From a virus, in the IMG/VR virus record IMGVR_UViG_3300021085_000009, positions 1 to 64,000 of that record: a stretch of 64,000 nucleotides of DNA. One strand, given 5' to 3'. Each line of letters begins with the position of its first letter. Positions within the stretch are counted from its first letter, which is position 1. The position numbers were made by a program, and so were the translations under genes. A model generated the notes under the pieces. That model did not search any database. It saw only the letters and a program-made list of their open reading frames with translations, and was not told the DNA's origin. This document shows, one piece after another, positions 35,731 to 45,236 of the stretch.

Positions 35731-35954
35731 TAATGTGCTACCCTTGAAACGCCGTCGACCACGATTTTTTCTAAATCCCAGTTGCCGTCGTTGATTGTAA
35801 TGTCTGACCTAGAGGCTACTGAAGCTACCATTAAGTCCCAGCTATCGTTTACAGTAGGGCCATTATCCATAGCTAATTGCATCTCTTTGCCGTTTAAAGG
35901 AACCTCTTGAATGATCCCTGTAGCGATGTGGTGTAAAATTAAACCTTGTTTCAT
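35730..35954 (-). CDS. Hypothetical early protein
   Basis: First gene after repeated promoter copy 3. Confidence 0.55.
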   Translation of the reverse strand: MKQGLILHHIATGIIQEVPLNGKEMQLAMDNGPTVNDSWDLMVASVASRSDITINDGNWDLEKIVVDGVSRVAH

Positions 35955-35982
35955 AATCCTTATCTCCTTAATTTATATAACT

Positions 35983-36047
35983 ATTATACCAGGCTGATGG
36001 TGGATTGTACAGGGTTTTCTGCATTTATTTGCAAAATAATTAGCCTA
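35983..36047 (-). promoter_or_regulatory. Early-type promoter with conserved upstream element (copy 3)
   Basis: TGTACA 36006-36011, TATAAT 35983-35988; 42 bp identical to copy 1. Confidence 0.85.
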
Positions 36048-36057
36048 TTTTACACTT

Positions 36058-37773
36058 TTATCTTATTTTAGAAAAGTTTCTGTCCTTATAGAACTCTATT
36101 TTAGACCTAAATTTATTCTCTAGAACATCGCCCTTATGTGATATAATAAACACATTGGTTCCTTCTTCTAGAGTATTTAGGATTTTGGTGAGGTTATCAA
36201 TACCATCAAGATCTAGTGATGAGTCGAATGTCTCATCTAAAACTAGTAGATTAGTGGCTGCTGAATTTTTCATTTTAGCAATCATCCTCCATGTGAACAA
36301 TAATGCTAAATCGATTCTTTGTTTTTCACCTTCTGAGAACGATGAATAGTTAAATGCATCCCTATGACGACTCCTAATGGTTTCGTTAAATGCTTCGTCT
36401 AAATGAAAAGCTACAAAGAAATCCAATACTTGTAAATATTGATTTATGAATCTATTCATTACAGGTAAATACTGCTTAATAACTTTGGTTTTAATTCCAG
36501 TATCTTTAAGCATTTCACCTATAACTTCGTTGTATGTTCTTTCTTCTACATATGACAATTTCTTTTCTGTCATACTATCTTTCTTTTCTCTTTGATCTGA
36601 TAGGTCAGTCTTTGCTGTAGTTATATCACCTGATTGGCCATTAAGACTTCTAATGTCTTTTTGGATTTTATCAATTTCTTTTTGTAGTAAACTTACAGCT
36701 TCGTTATTCGTGGTTATTTGATTTTGTTTTTTCAGTAAATGCTCTAGTGTCTTTTTAGCAAGAGTTGCTTCTTTTTCTAGGAAGCTAATCTGTTTCACAA
36801 CCTTAGACATTTCGTTTTGGATTTTATTAGCTTCTTCTTTAATTTGAGTAAGTTTAGTTTCTTTAAAACTATCCTCTAGGTCATGATCGCATGTAGGGCA
36901 ATGATCGTTGTCTTCATAAAATCTAGCTTCTTTGACCATACCTTTTATTTTATCAGTTAGTTCATGTTCTTTTCTTTGAAGCTGTCTGATATCAGAATCA
37001 GTAACTGAATATGATCTGTTAATTTCTTCTAGATTCGTAGATAAATTTTCACCAAGCTCTGCAGACTTACTAACATATCCTTGGATTTCTGTTTTATGCT
37101 CTTTCATCGTAGCATACTTAGCATCAATCATATCTTGATTAATACCTTGAAGATCTTTAATATATTTAGTTTGGCTTTGTATTTTAGACTTTACTAATTC
37201 TAAGTTATGATCTAAATCTATTAGTTCATCCTTAATTTTAGAATTCCTTTCCTTTAATAGACCATTCATCTTACTAAAAATGTTAATGTCTAATAAATCT
37301 TCAATGACTGCTCTACGCGACCATGGTGGTAATTGCATAAAAGGAATAAAGGAACTGCTACCTAGTACTACTACCTGGTGAAACGATTTATGATTTAATT
37401 TAAGTATATTTTGTTCTAAAAACTTTTGATAATCTCTAGCATTTGCTGCTTGATTAATTATTTTACCATTTTGGAATATCTCAAACTTAGTAGGTTTAAT
37501 AGTTCTTCTGACTTTGAAATCAACTCCACCAATTTCAAATTCAACTTCTACTTCAGTACCCTTTTTATTAATAGAATTAACTAATTGATCTTTCTTAATA
37601 TCTCTATGTGCTTTACCAAATAGAGAATATGATAATGCATCTAGTAATGTAGATTTACCTGCTCCGTTTGATCCTACTATAAGAGTAGATGGTGTTTTAT
37701 CTAATTGTATTTTTGTAAATTCATTTCCAGTGGACAAAAAGTTTTTCCACTTAACATATTTAAAATTTATCAT
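36058..37773 (-). CDS. 46: Recombination endonuclease ATPase subunit gp46 (Rad50-like)
   Basis: GSNGAGKS, CPTC hook, FSEGEK, LDETFD. Confidence 0.95.
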   Translation of the reverse strand: MINFKYVKWKNFLSTGNEFTKIQLDKTPSTLIVGSNGAGKSTLLDALSYSLFGKAHRDIKKDQLVNSINKKGTEVEVEFEIGGVDFKVRRTIKPTKFEIFQNGKIINQAANARDYQKFLEQNILKLNHKSFHQVVVLGSSSFIPFMQLPPWSRRAVIEDLLDINIFSKMNGLLKERNSKIKDELIDLDHNLELVKSKIQSQTKYIKDLQGINQDMIDAKYATMKEHKTEIQGYVSKSAELGENLSTNLEEINRSYSVTDSDIRQLQRKEHELTDKIKGMVKEARFYEDNDHCPTCDHDLEDSFKETKLTQIKEEANKIQNEMSKVVKQISFLEKEATLAKKTLEHLLKKQNQITTNNEAVSLLQKEIDKIQKDIRSLNGQSGDITTAKTDLSDQREKKDSMTEKKLSYVEERTYNEVIGEMLKDTGIKTKVIKQYLPVMNRFINQYLQVLDFFVAFHLDEAFNETIRSRHRDAFNYSSFSEGEKQRIDLALLFTWRMIAKMKNSAATNLLVLDETFDSSLDLDGIDNLTKILNTLEEGTNVFIISHKGDVLENKFRSKIEFYKDRNFSKIR

Positions 37774-38831
37774 ACGACCTCTAGGTTCTGAGCTTCGGTA
37801 TAAAGCTTTCTCAATTCAACTTTTAAATGATCTTTATCTAGTTCAGTGTCGACTGCTTCAACATATGAATCTAGTAGAACAGTAGTATCTTCAAGGGAAA
37901 CTTTATCGTCCTCAACACTATCTCCTAAAAATTCCTCAAAGTTTTCTGCTATTTTTAATTCGTATGTTTCAATAGATTGTAACTTATCGATAAATTTATC
38001 AAACATGTATAGATTGTTTTTATTTAATACTATAATCTTAACAAATTTTTCTTTAAATTGTTCCATATCAATATCAGAATAATCATGAGTTTCATCGTCA
38101 TACACAAACTTTTTAAACATTGTAATAGGATTTCGTACAGGTGTAATCTCTCTAGTTTCTGTATCTAATATGTGAAAATATTTTGGATCATCAACATCTG
38201 CCCAAGTAAATTCAAACTGTGAACCGAGATAATGAATTGGTCCTCTAGATGATTTTGTATGGAAATGTCCTGATAACACTAGCTCAAATCTTTGGAATAT
38301 ATCAGACTCCATACCGTGAGGATTAGATATACCTGCCATCATATCAAAACCTTTTAACTCAAGATGTGCTCCTACTATAGAAGCTTTACAGTTCTTAAGA
38401 AACTTTGTGTATTCAGCATAGTTAGAATTGTTAATCCATGGAATTGCAGCAACACCACAACCAGCATAATCCAATACTTTAGGTTTCATAATAATATTAA
38501 CATTAGATGTAAAATAACCTAGTAATTCTTTTAGAGAACAAAGCTCATTGGTATTCTTAAAATACACATCATGATTACCAGGTATAATATCCATAGTAAT
38601 ACCAGCATCTCGCATTGGTTCTAAAAAGTCTCTACGGTTTTGGTTAAGAGCTTTAAAGTTAACAAATTTACGATGTTCGTAATAATCGCCTAAGTGAAGT
38701 ATTTGTTTAATATCGTGTTCTTTCAAATAAGGAAAGAATACTTCCTCATAAAACCTTCTTTGATAATTTAAAAATATATCTGATGAATTTCTTACACCAC
38801 AATGTGTGTCATTTAAAATAGCTACTTTCAT
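37770..38831 (-). CDS. 47: Recombination endonuclease subunit gp47 (Mre11-like)
   Basis: DTHCG, GD, GNHD, SGHFH. Confidence 0.95.
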   Translation of the reverse strand: MKVAILNDTHCGVRNSSDIFLNYQRRFYEEVFFPYLKEHDIKQILHLGDYYEHRKFVNFKALNQNRRDFLEPMRDAGITMDIIPGNHDVYFKNTNELCSLKELLGYFTSNVNIIMKPKVLDYAGCGVAAIPWINNSNYAEYTKFLKNCKASIVGAHLELKGFDMMAGISNPHGMESDIFQRFELVLSGHFHTKSSRGPIHYLGSQFEFTWADVDDPKYFHILDTETREITPVRNPITMFKKFVYDDETHDYSDIDMEQFKEKFVKIIVLNKNNLYMFDKFIDKLQSIETYELKIAENFEEFLGDSVEDDKVSLEDTTVLLDSYVEAVDTELDKDHLKVELRKLYTEAQNLEVV

Positions 38832-38832
38832 A

Positions 38833-39399
38833 TTATACCATAAACAATTCTAGTTTTTCTAAATCTTTTTCAGCTTTAGCAAATTTCTTAATTTTCTCAT
38901 CAGAAGTTTTAACCTTAGCGATTCTTTGTCTTAGTGTATCGACATACTCCATGGTTTGCTGTGCACCTGCATCATCCATCCCCATTTGAGCAAAATCTTC
39001 AATACCCATTCTTTCAATAAACCTAAATTTAATATCCTGTTGCTTTTTCTCTTTTGTAATTCTACGAATAAACGCAAAGTAACAAATTTGAGTAAAGTAT
39101 GAAAATGCGTTTGGCTTTCCAGTTCTTGTTGCTGTTTCAATATTGTAATTAGAAATAGCCTTTAAACAATTTTCTACTGCATCCATAACCATTTCTTCTC
39201 TGTATGTGTATCTTACAAAGTTTGGTCTGTGGGATAAACCTTCTGATATTTTTAAGAAGCAAGAGGCAATATAGTTAGTAACCTTAGGGGTTTCTTTACC
39301 TTCTTCTTCCAACTTATTTTTATTAGTAACATACTCAACTACAGCGAGTGAAAATTCTTTGTTATTAATATAGTGTGGCTTTTGCTTTGGATCTGCCAT
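38833..39399 (-). CDS. 55: Late sigma factor gp55
   Basis: HYINNKEF, RPNFVRYTYREEM, NAFSYFTQI. Confidence 0.95.
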   Translation of the reverse strand: MADPKQKPHYINNKEFSLAVVEYVTNKNKLEEEGKETPKVTNYIASCFLKISEGLSHRPNFVRYTYREEMVMDAVENCLKAISNYNIETATRTGKPNAFSYFTQICYFAFIRRITKEKKQQDIKFRFIERMGIEDFAQMGMDDAGAQQTMEYVDTLRQRIAKVKTSDEKIKKFAKAEKDLEKLELFMV

Positions 39400-39434
39400 A
39401 GTTAAATCTCCATTATTAATGTTGTATAGGTACT

Positions 39435-39463
39435 ATTATACCATAAAATCATTCATTTGTACA
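39435..39463 (-). promoter_or_regulatory. TGTACA-N17-TATAAT promoter of gene 55
   Basis: Exact motif and spacing. Confidence 0.8.
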
Positions 39464-39652
39464 TAGTTTTGTGAATGTTGTTTGCATTAATCCATCGTCT
39501 GTTTCATTAACGCTAACGCGTAGGGTGTCCCCATCATTAAAGTTAAAAAACTTTTGAATGTTAAGATCTTTATCGATTACTAATGCTTTATTCTTTCGAT
39601 GTATTCTATAGTCGCAAAACATCATCTCATTTTGATCAGGTTTATATATCAT
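39449..39652 (-). CDS. Hypothetical protein
   Basis: 67-aa ORF with AAGG SD. Confidence 0.5.
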   Translation of the reverse strand: MIYKPDQNEMMFCDYRIHRKNKALVIDKDLNIQKFFNFNDGDTLRVSVNETDDGLMQTTFTKLCTNE

Positions 39653-39680
39653 TTTAATTGCCTTTTATTGCAGAAAGTCC

Positions 39681-39709
39681 TGTACAAATTACAGAAAACG
39701 TGGTATAAT
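39681..39709 (+). promoter_or_regulatory. TGTACA-N17-TATAAT promoter on the plus (antisense) strand
   Basis: TGTACA 39681-39686, TGG-TATAAT 39704-39709, same consensus as the nine minus-strand promoters. Confidence 0.75.
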
Positions 39710-39742
39710 AATAGAGTGGTTCCGAGGGAGGGTAATATAAAG

Positions 39743-40141
39743 CTAATGTATTGTTCGTTCCTTTGGTTCATCATCAACTGATGGTTCCTCCATATCGCTG
39801 GTAGGATCGATGTCTCTTAACATTCTGACATATTCTTCTAAACCTTCAGAGTCCGAATCGCCGACAGGCGTCTCCAAAGTTCTTTTCTGTGAAGCTATAC
39901 TGATATAGGCTTCTCTTATTTCTGCACTAATTTCTGCTGAATGTATAATTCTCGATCGTAGTATTTTAAATAGGGTTTGGTCCGAAAATTGGAACCATGG
40001 TGTTAATTGGTATTGACCTACTAAATTTTGAATAAGTTTAAATGGTCTTTCGACAACGTAATTTTCACCATCAACTTTGTTAACTAAGGCAATAATGTCT
40101 TCGCCACTATATAATTTAAATTGTCTTACCGATATGTCCAT
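39743..40141 (-). CDS. Conserved Sm-like-fold protein downstream of uvsW
   Basis: FKLYSGEDII..LTPW; synteny. Confidence 0.55.
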   Translation of the reverse strand: MDISVRQFKLYSGEDIIALVNKVDGENYVVERPFKLIQNLVGQYQLTPWFQFSDQTLFKILRSRIIHSAEISAEIREAYISIASQKRTLETPVGDSDSEGLEEYVRMLRDIDPTSDMEEPSVDDEPKERTIH

Positions 40142-41652
40142 TAAATTTTTATCTCAAATATTTTATAATTAAATTTCTCTTTACTATATATGCTAATTCG
40201 TACACCTGCATGTTCTAATGTGTAATTCTTCTTGTTCTTCCAATGTAGGTCATCTGCAATATCGTACACTTTAGTATTTATACCATCTGCGCTCTTCCTT
40301 AGCCCTCTTCCTATGCTTTGTAAAACCCTAATTTGAGACTTACTCGGTGAAGCAAATACGATATTATGAAGACGCTTAATATTAATCCCAGTAGAAAAAG
40401 TACCCATGGAAGCAACAATAATTGCGTTATCTTGTTGCTCTGTGATTGATCTAATCTTCTCCCTAGTATCGACATCGGTTTCTCCTGAGACATAAAATAA
40501 TTTCCTTTCCTCGGAACGAGGTAGTTTACTTATCTTATCCTGTAAAAGCGAGTGCAATGGTTTACCATGCTTCTCTACAAATTGAAATAGTATAAGTGTG
40601 TTTCCATCTTGGTCTAAAGCTAAATTACTAATAAAATTATTCCGTGGTTCGTACTTTACAATAAAATCTAGCTCATCGTGGTATTTCATTTTCTTTACAA
40701 GTTTACAATACTCGTCTGCATACTTTAAAAGTAATACTTGAATTTCTAATTGTGCTAATGTGTTTTTGTCCATTAACTCTTTTGTTGTTGTAACTTTATG
40801 AACAGGTCCAAACAGACCTTCTAAAACTAACTGATGAGTTAATGTTCCATCAAGGGTTCCTGTCGTACCTACTCTGTACTTAGCTTCTGTACATTTTTCT
40901 AATATTGAAGTTAATGACTTAGCTTTAAATGAATGTGCTTCATCTCCTATAACCATACCGTATTGCTCAAACCACTCATGGTGCATCTTATATATTGACT
41001 GCCATGTGGTAATAATAACCCTAGGTTTTATATTATATTTTTCTTTGCCTGAGTATATTCTATGGCAATTATCTTCTACATTCCAATCCTCAAGTTGAGA
41101 ATAGTCATTAAAGTCAGAATACATCTGCTCAACAAGTGACGTCGTTGGTACTACTAAAAGGACTTTGTTATCATACGTCTCTAGGTAATATCTAACAGCT
41201 AAATATATGATTAAACTCTTTCCAGAAGCCGTTGGTGATAGTAGAAGGCTTTTAGTTTTTGAAAGCAAGAGCGAGAGTGCCGTAAGTTGATAGTCATGGG
41301 GGATAATACCCTTACCGTTCACGCTAGGCCGTAATTCACTCATAAACCCTTCAATATCAATAATTTGTTCAATATCAGGCCTTGAATAGTACTCATCTTC
41401 CTCTATCTTCAGGGTGTAGTCCCTAACTTCACAGAATTCATTAAGGTATTGGAACAACCCACCATACAACGTCTTACGCCTAAGATCGTACAAGCGTATT
41501 TTACCATCCCACATCCTATTTTTATATGCTGGCATGAATTTATACCCTGGAACATAAAAACAAAAGTGTTCTGCCAACTCTTGCTCAATACCAGGATCAG
41601 TCAGTATCTGTATAAAGGTTTCGTTAAGTTTTTTAACTGTCACTATGTCCAT
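40141..41652 (-). CDS. uvsW: DNA helicase UvsW
   Basis: WDGKIRL, SPTASGKS, DEAH, QSIGRGLR. Confidence 0.95.
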   Translation of the reverse strand: MDIVTVKKLNETFIQILTDPGIEQELAEHFCFYVPGYKFMPAYKNRMWDGKIRLYDLRRKTLYGGLFQYLNEFCEVRDYTLKIEEDEYYSRPDIEQIIDIEGFMSELRPSVNGKGIIPHDYQLTALSLLLSKTKSLLLSPTASGKSLIIYLAVRYYLETYDNKVLLVVPTTSLVEQMYSDFNDYSQLEDWNVEDNCHRIYSGKEKYNIKPRVIITTWQSIYKMHHEWFEQYGMVIGDEAHSFKAKSLTSILEKCTEAKYRVGTTGTLDGTLTHQLVLEGLFGPVHKVTTTKELMDKNTLAQLEIQVLLLKYADEYCKLVKKMKYHDELDFIVKYEPRNNFISNLALDQDGNTLILFQFVEKHGKPLHSLLQDKISKLPRSEERKLFYVSGETDVDTREKIRSITEQQDNAIIVASMGTFSTGINIKRLHNIVFASPSKSQIRVLQSIGRGLRKSADGINTKVYDIADDLHWKNKKNYTLEHAGVRISIYSKEKFNYKIFEIKI

Positions 41653-42099
41653 TTAAATACCACTAGTAAACTTTCTCCACTCAATCATATTTTTAATAGT
41701 TTGGTGTCTCCACTTAACATTATCTAAAATTTCCTTTAGTGTGTCTGCAGTGGTTTTAAGATACTCAATACGGGCTTGAGCTTTTTGAATATCGGGATCA
41801 GAATCATAGTAATAATCCATATCGCCTTTTAATACTTTTAATCCATTTAATGGATCGTAATCCCAGCCTCTATCGTCAATATCCTCTTTGGACATTTTTC
41901 CATTATAATGCAACCACTTATCTTTAAGTAGAACCTTAAATTCCATTTCTCTTTTCTTAAGATCTAAACGATTGTGTGTTACAAATTCTAGGTATTTTGC
42001 GTGGAGTTTTGCTGAGTCTTTAGAAGATTCGTCAAGTTGCATTTCATCAATGTTTGAGTCTTTCTTCCACATTTCTAATATTTTTTCAATATCTAACAT
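41653..42099 (-). CDS. uvsY: Recombination mediator UvsY
   Basis: LHAKYL..IKNMIEWRKFTSG; synteny. Confidence 0.9.
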   Translation of the reverse strand: MLDIEKILEMWKKDSNIDEMQLDESSKDSAKLHAKYLEFVTHNRLDLKKREMEFKVLLKDKWLHYNGKMSKEDIDDRGWDYDPLNGLKVLKGDMDYYYDSDPDIQKAQARIEYLKTTADTLKEILDNVKWRHQTIKNMIEWRKFTSGI

Positions 42100-42136
42100 A
42101 ATTAATTTCCTATACTACTATATATGATAGTAGTTA

Positions 42137-42601
42137 TTATATAAATTCAAACGAGGTATATTTAAAAGTTACGTCTGCTTGTAAGTATTCAATTTCAGTG
42201 GCACCTGTTGTAAATTCAACACCACTTAAACTAATAGGAAAAACATCTTTGAACCTAATAGTTTTACTTACGTTGTTGTGCGAGGTTAATATATTTAAAA
42301 TAGCATCAGATTTAAATTGCTCTCCAGCATTAACTATATTATGAATCCAATCAAAAGTTTCCTTATAGTTATCCATATCTTCAGTAATATTAAACTTAAC
42401 AGTTAAATCGTCAAATGTAATTCTGTCTCCAGTAAACCCTACATTAGCTCCTCTGAAAGGCATTGGTGCTTCAGCAATACTAATTGATGGTAAAGATACT
42501 GCAGTACAAAAGTATTCTAAATTAGGGTACAATTGATTGTCAATAGTAAACTTAAATCCGACAGGACTTAAATAGTTTTTATTTGAAGTTAGTGTGGCCA
42601 T
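42137..42601 (-). CDS. 3: Tail completion/sheath stabilizer gp3
   Basis: NYLSPVGFKF, EDMDNY, FPISLS, YLQADVTFKY. Confidence 0.85.
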   Translation of the reverse strand: MATLTSNKNYLSPVGFKFTIDNQLYPNLEYFCTAVSLPSISIAEAPMPFRGANVGFTGDRITFDDLTVKFNITEDMDNYKETFDWIHNIVNAGEQFKSDAILNILTSHNNVSKTIRFKDVFPISLSGVEFTTGATEIEYLQADVTFKYTSFEFI

Positions 42602-42619
42602 ATAATAATCTCCTAATAC

Positions 42620-42627
42620 TATTTATA
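42620..42627 (-). promoter_or_regulatory. T4 late promoter (gene 3)
   Basis: TATAAATA. Confidence 0.75.
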
Positions 42628-42651
42628 AGTCTTTTAGTATAGAACTCAGAC

Positions 42652-42680
42652 AAAAAAAGAGGGATCCTAAGACCCCTCTC
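42652..42680 (-). terminator. Intrinsic terminator after major capsid gene
   Basis: GAGAGGGGTC-TTAG-GATCCCTCT followed by a T-tract. Confidence 0.85.
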
Positions 42681-42702
42681 CATCAGAATTAAAATATTCA
42701 GA

Positions 42703-44046
42703 TTATGATGAAACCATAATTCCGTCTACTCTAAAGATTCTGAAATATGGGTTGACACGGTTAGTACCCGCACCTGTAGCTGTTCCCACGAATGGGTTCT
42801 GCTGCATTCCATATCTAGTTTTGAATCCAATTCTTGGCTGGAAGTCATTCTCGCCAATCGCTTTAACCATAGTTAAAGGAACGTATGGGCAATAGAAGAT
42901 ACCTGCGTCGTATGGATTTGAACCTCTGTAACCTACACAAGCGAAATCGCCAGTAGCATAAGGATCGATATATACTTTCATTCTACCGTTAAGAACACCA
43001 GCAAAAGTATTACCAGTATCGTCAACATTTAGGTCAGTTGAAAGAGCAGGAGTATAGTCTAGAAGACCAGCTGCTGCTAGTGCTGAAGCAACATCAGAAG
43101 AACAAAGTACAAAATTACCTTTTCCTCTTCTTGTTTCTTTAGCGATTACGTTAGCTTCTCTTTCGAGTTGCATGATGAGACCTTTAAATCTCTCAACCAT
43201 CCATCTGCCGTCTGAATCTGTGTCTACATTGAACGCACCTTTAAGAGCAACGTTTGATTGTAAAGCACCAACTTTAGCTTTAGCAAGAATAGTTCTAACC
43301 ATTTCTCTGTTGATTTCCGCAAGGATTTCAGAAGAAAGAATATTAGCTAATTCGCCTTCAGCGTCTAGACCGTGGATTGCTTTAAGATCTTGAGCAAGTT
43401 CCATAGTGTATTCAGCTTTAAGAGCTCTTGAGTTAGCTAGTACTTGAGCTTTTTCGATTGAGAAAGCCATTTCGCCGAACTGGTTAGCACTTGAGATAGC
43501 AGAACCGGGTACAGCTGTACCTTTAGCTTCTGCATTAGCTGTAGTAATACCAGAACCGAATCCTGATACAACATCAGCTTCGTCAGCGATAGAAGTACCT
43601 GCGTCTCCAGAATCAACTACACCCATTAATCCAGTAGGATCAGCTTCGTGTGTACCAGTTCCTGAGAAGTCAGTATCTGCTTCGTCGAATAAAGCTTCAG
43701 TACCACCTTGAGTGCTGTACTTAGACTTCATTGCAAAGATTAGACCAGTAGGTCCGTTCATTGGTTGTACGCCTGCGATATCGTATGCGATAAGGTTAGG
43801 CATTGCACGTCTTACAAGAGAGATCAATACTGGATCAAAGTTACTAATGTTAGAACCAGTAGCGTTAGCTGCGGTTTCATTAAGTTGAAAATCAGAATGA
43901 TTTCTGGTTTCTTGTAGTGCGATTTCTTGGTTTTCCAAGAGTCTAGCAGTAACAGCTCTCTTGTGCTTGTCACCGATGCTTGGAGCATCTTCGTGATCAA
44001 GGACAGGAGTCCATTTCTCTACTAGATTTTTATCTGCGTTAAACAT
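42703..44046 (-). CDS. 23: Major capsid protein gp23
   Basis: LVRRAMPNLIAYD..GVQPM, SRALKAEYT, FYCPYVPL, GFKTRYG. Confidence 0.98.
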   Translation of the reverse strand: MFNADKNLVEKWTPVLDHEDAPSIGDKHKRAVTARLLENQEIALQETRNHSDFQLNETAANATGSNISNFDPVLISLVRRAMPNLIAYDIAGVQPMNGPTGLIFAMKSKYSTQGGTEALFDEADTDFSGTGTHEADPTGLMGVVDSGDAGTSIADEADVVSGFGSGITTANAEAKGTAVPGSAISSANQFGEMAFSIEKAQVLANSRALKAEYTMELAQDLKAIHGLDAEGELANILSSEILAEINREMVRTILAKAKVGALQSNVALKGAFNVDTDSDGRWMVERFKGLIMQLEREANVIAKETRRGKGNFVLCSSDVASALAAAGLLDYTPALSTDLNVDDTGNTFAGVLNGRMKVYIDPYATGDFACVGYRGSNPYDAGIFYCPYVPLTMVKAIGENDFQPRIGFKTRYGMQQNPFVGTATGAGTNRVNPYFRIFRVDGIMVSS

Positions 44047-44072
44047 TTTTTATTTCCCCTTAGGTTTATGTT

Positions 44073-45215
44073 TTATTTAATAGATTTAGTTATAGCTTGA
44101 GTGTAAGCAGCCATTGAACTAGAGATAGACTGAACTTCGTCAGCTTCTTCATTTCCAATTGCGGCATTTACTTCGTCAACTGATTCATTAACATCTTGCT
44201 TGAAGTATGACTCTTTAACAACTGATACTTTCATTTCGAAAGATTCAGCGTTATCGAATTCAATGTCTTCTACCAATGATGATAACTTTTCAGCTTCGGT
44301 TTCAGCCAAGCCTGAAGAATGTCTTCTTACGATTTCAGCTCTTTCTAAAGATTGAGTTGACTCGTATAAACGAATATTTTCTTCTGTGGTTTTATTGAGT
44401 GATTCCTCTAGCTCAGCAACCTGTGATGATAACTCATCTACTAGATCAACCTTACCTTCTGGAACTTCAATGTAATGTTCCTTGAATACTACCTGAAGTG
44501 CACTCATAAAGTCTTCAGCGATTTCAGACCTTAGTCCAGTCTCTACTGCTACTTCATTTTCTTTCATCCAGTTTTCAACAACATAGTTAAGGTATGAATC
44601 TACCTTTTCTACGAGTGAGCTCTGAATATCAGCGACTTCTTCTTCAAGATTTTGCGCGTATTCGCCTTCTAGCCTGTCAATTTCTGCACCTACTTTACTT
44701 GCGTAAGCAGCTTCAAAAATCGCACCAGCTTTAACACGGAATCCATCTGACAATGTAGCTTCTTCAGCTACTAAGATATCCAAATCTTCAGAATAGTCAG
44801 CAGCCTCTAGCTTAGCTTTAGGTGCTTTCTTATCTTTAGCAACGGTGTCAACAGCTTTATCAACTGATCCATCGTCTTCTGATTCTTCTACTTTTGTCAA
44901 TTTAGCATATAGCTTTTGCGCGTCTTCCTTTTTGGCCTTTTTAAACATCTCCAATGCAGCGTTAATAACACCAGCTTTAGTTTTAGGGACTACAGGTGCA
45001 GACTCTTCGACTTTTTCTTCGTCTTTTTTGTCTTCATCTTCGTCTTCTTCAACCTTTGCTTCGGCTACTACTTCTTCATCTAAAGCTTCTTCCTCGTTTC
45101 CAACTTCGTTTTCAACGAGCTCTTCTTCAGAATCTAGCTCAGCATCTTCAGAGATGTCTAACACAGCCTCTTCCTCTGCAATTGCAGTGGATTTAATTGC
45201 GTCTTCTAATGACAT
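44073..45215 (-). CDS. 22: Prohead core scaffold gp22
   Basis: Acidic coiled coil, KVDSYLNYVVENW; synteny. Confidence 0.9.
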   Translation of the reverse strand: MSLEDAIKSTAIAEEEAVLDISEDAELDSEEELVENEVGNEEEALDEEVVAEAKVEEDEDEDKKDEEKVEESAPVVPKTKAGVINAALEMFKKAKKEDAQKLYAKLTKVEESEDDGSVDKAVDTVAKDKKAPKAKLEAADYSEDLDILVAEEATLSDGFRVKAGAIFEAAYASKVGAEIDRLEGEYAQNLEEEVADIQSSLVEKVDSYLNYVVENWMKENEVAVETGLRSEIAEDFMSALQVVFKEHYIEVPEGKVDLVDELSSQVAELEESLNKTTEENIRLYESTQSLERAEIVRRHSSGLAETEAEKLSSLVEDIEFDNAESFEMKVSVVKESYFKQDVNESVDEVNAAIGNEEADEVQSISSSMAAYTQAITKSIK

Positions 45216-45236
45216 TTTATATTCTCCTATTAAGAA

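Noticed and set aside
12913-36047. Repeated 42-51 bp elements as CRISPR repeats, att sites or IS ends
   Set aside because: They are dispersed rather than arrayed, no integrase or transposase is nearby, and each coincides with a promoter.
38829-38860. TGGTATAAT at the gene 55/47 junction
   Set aside because: Explained by the codons ATG-GTA-TAA; no TGTACA at 17 bp, and the next ATG is too close for a start site.
39746-39781. 11-codon plus-strand ORF MYCSFLWFIIN after the antisense promoter
   Set aside because: The GGAGG is about 14 nt from the ATG, and the ORF is a shadow of the Sm-like gene end; a non-coding antisense role is more plausible.
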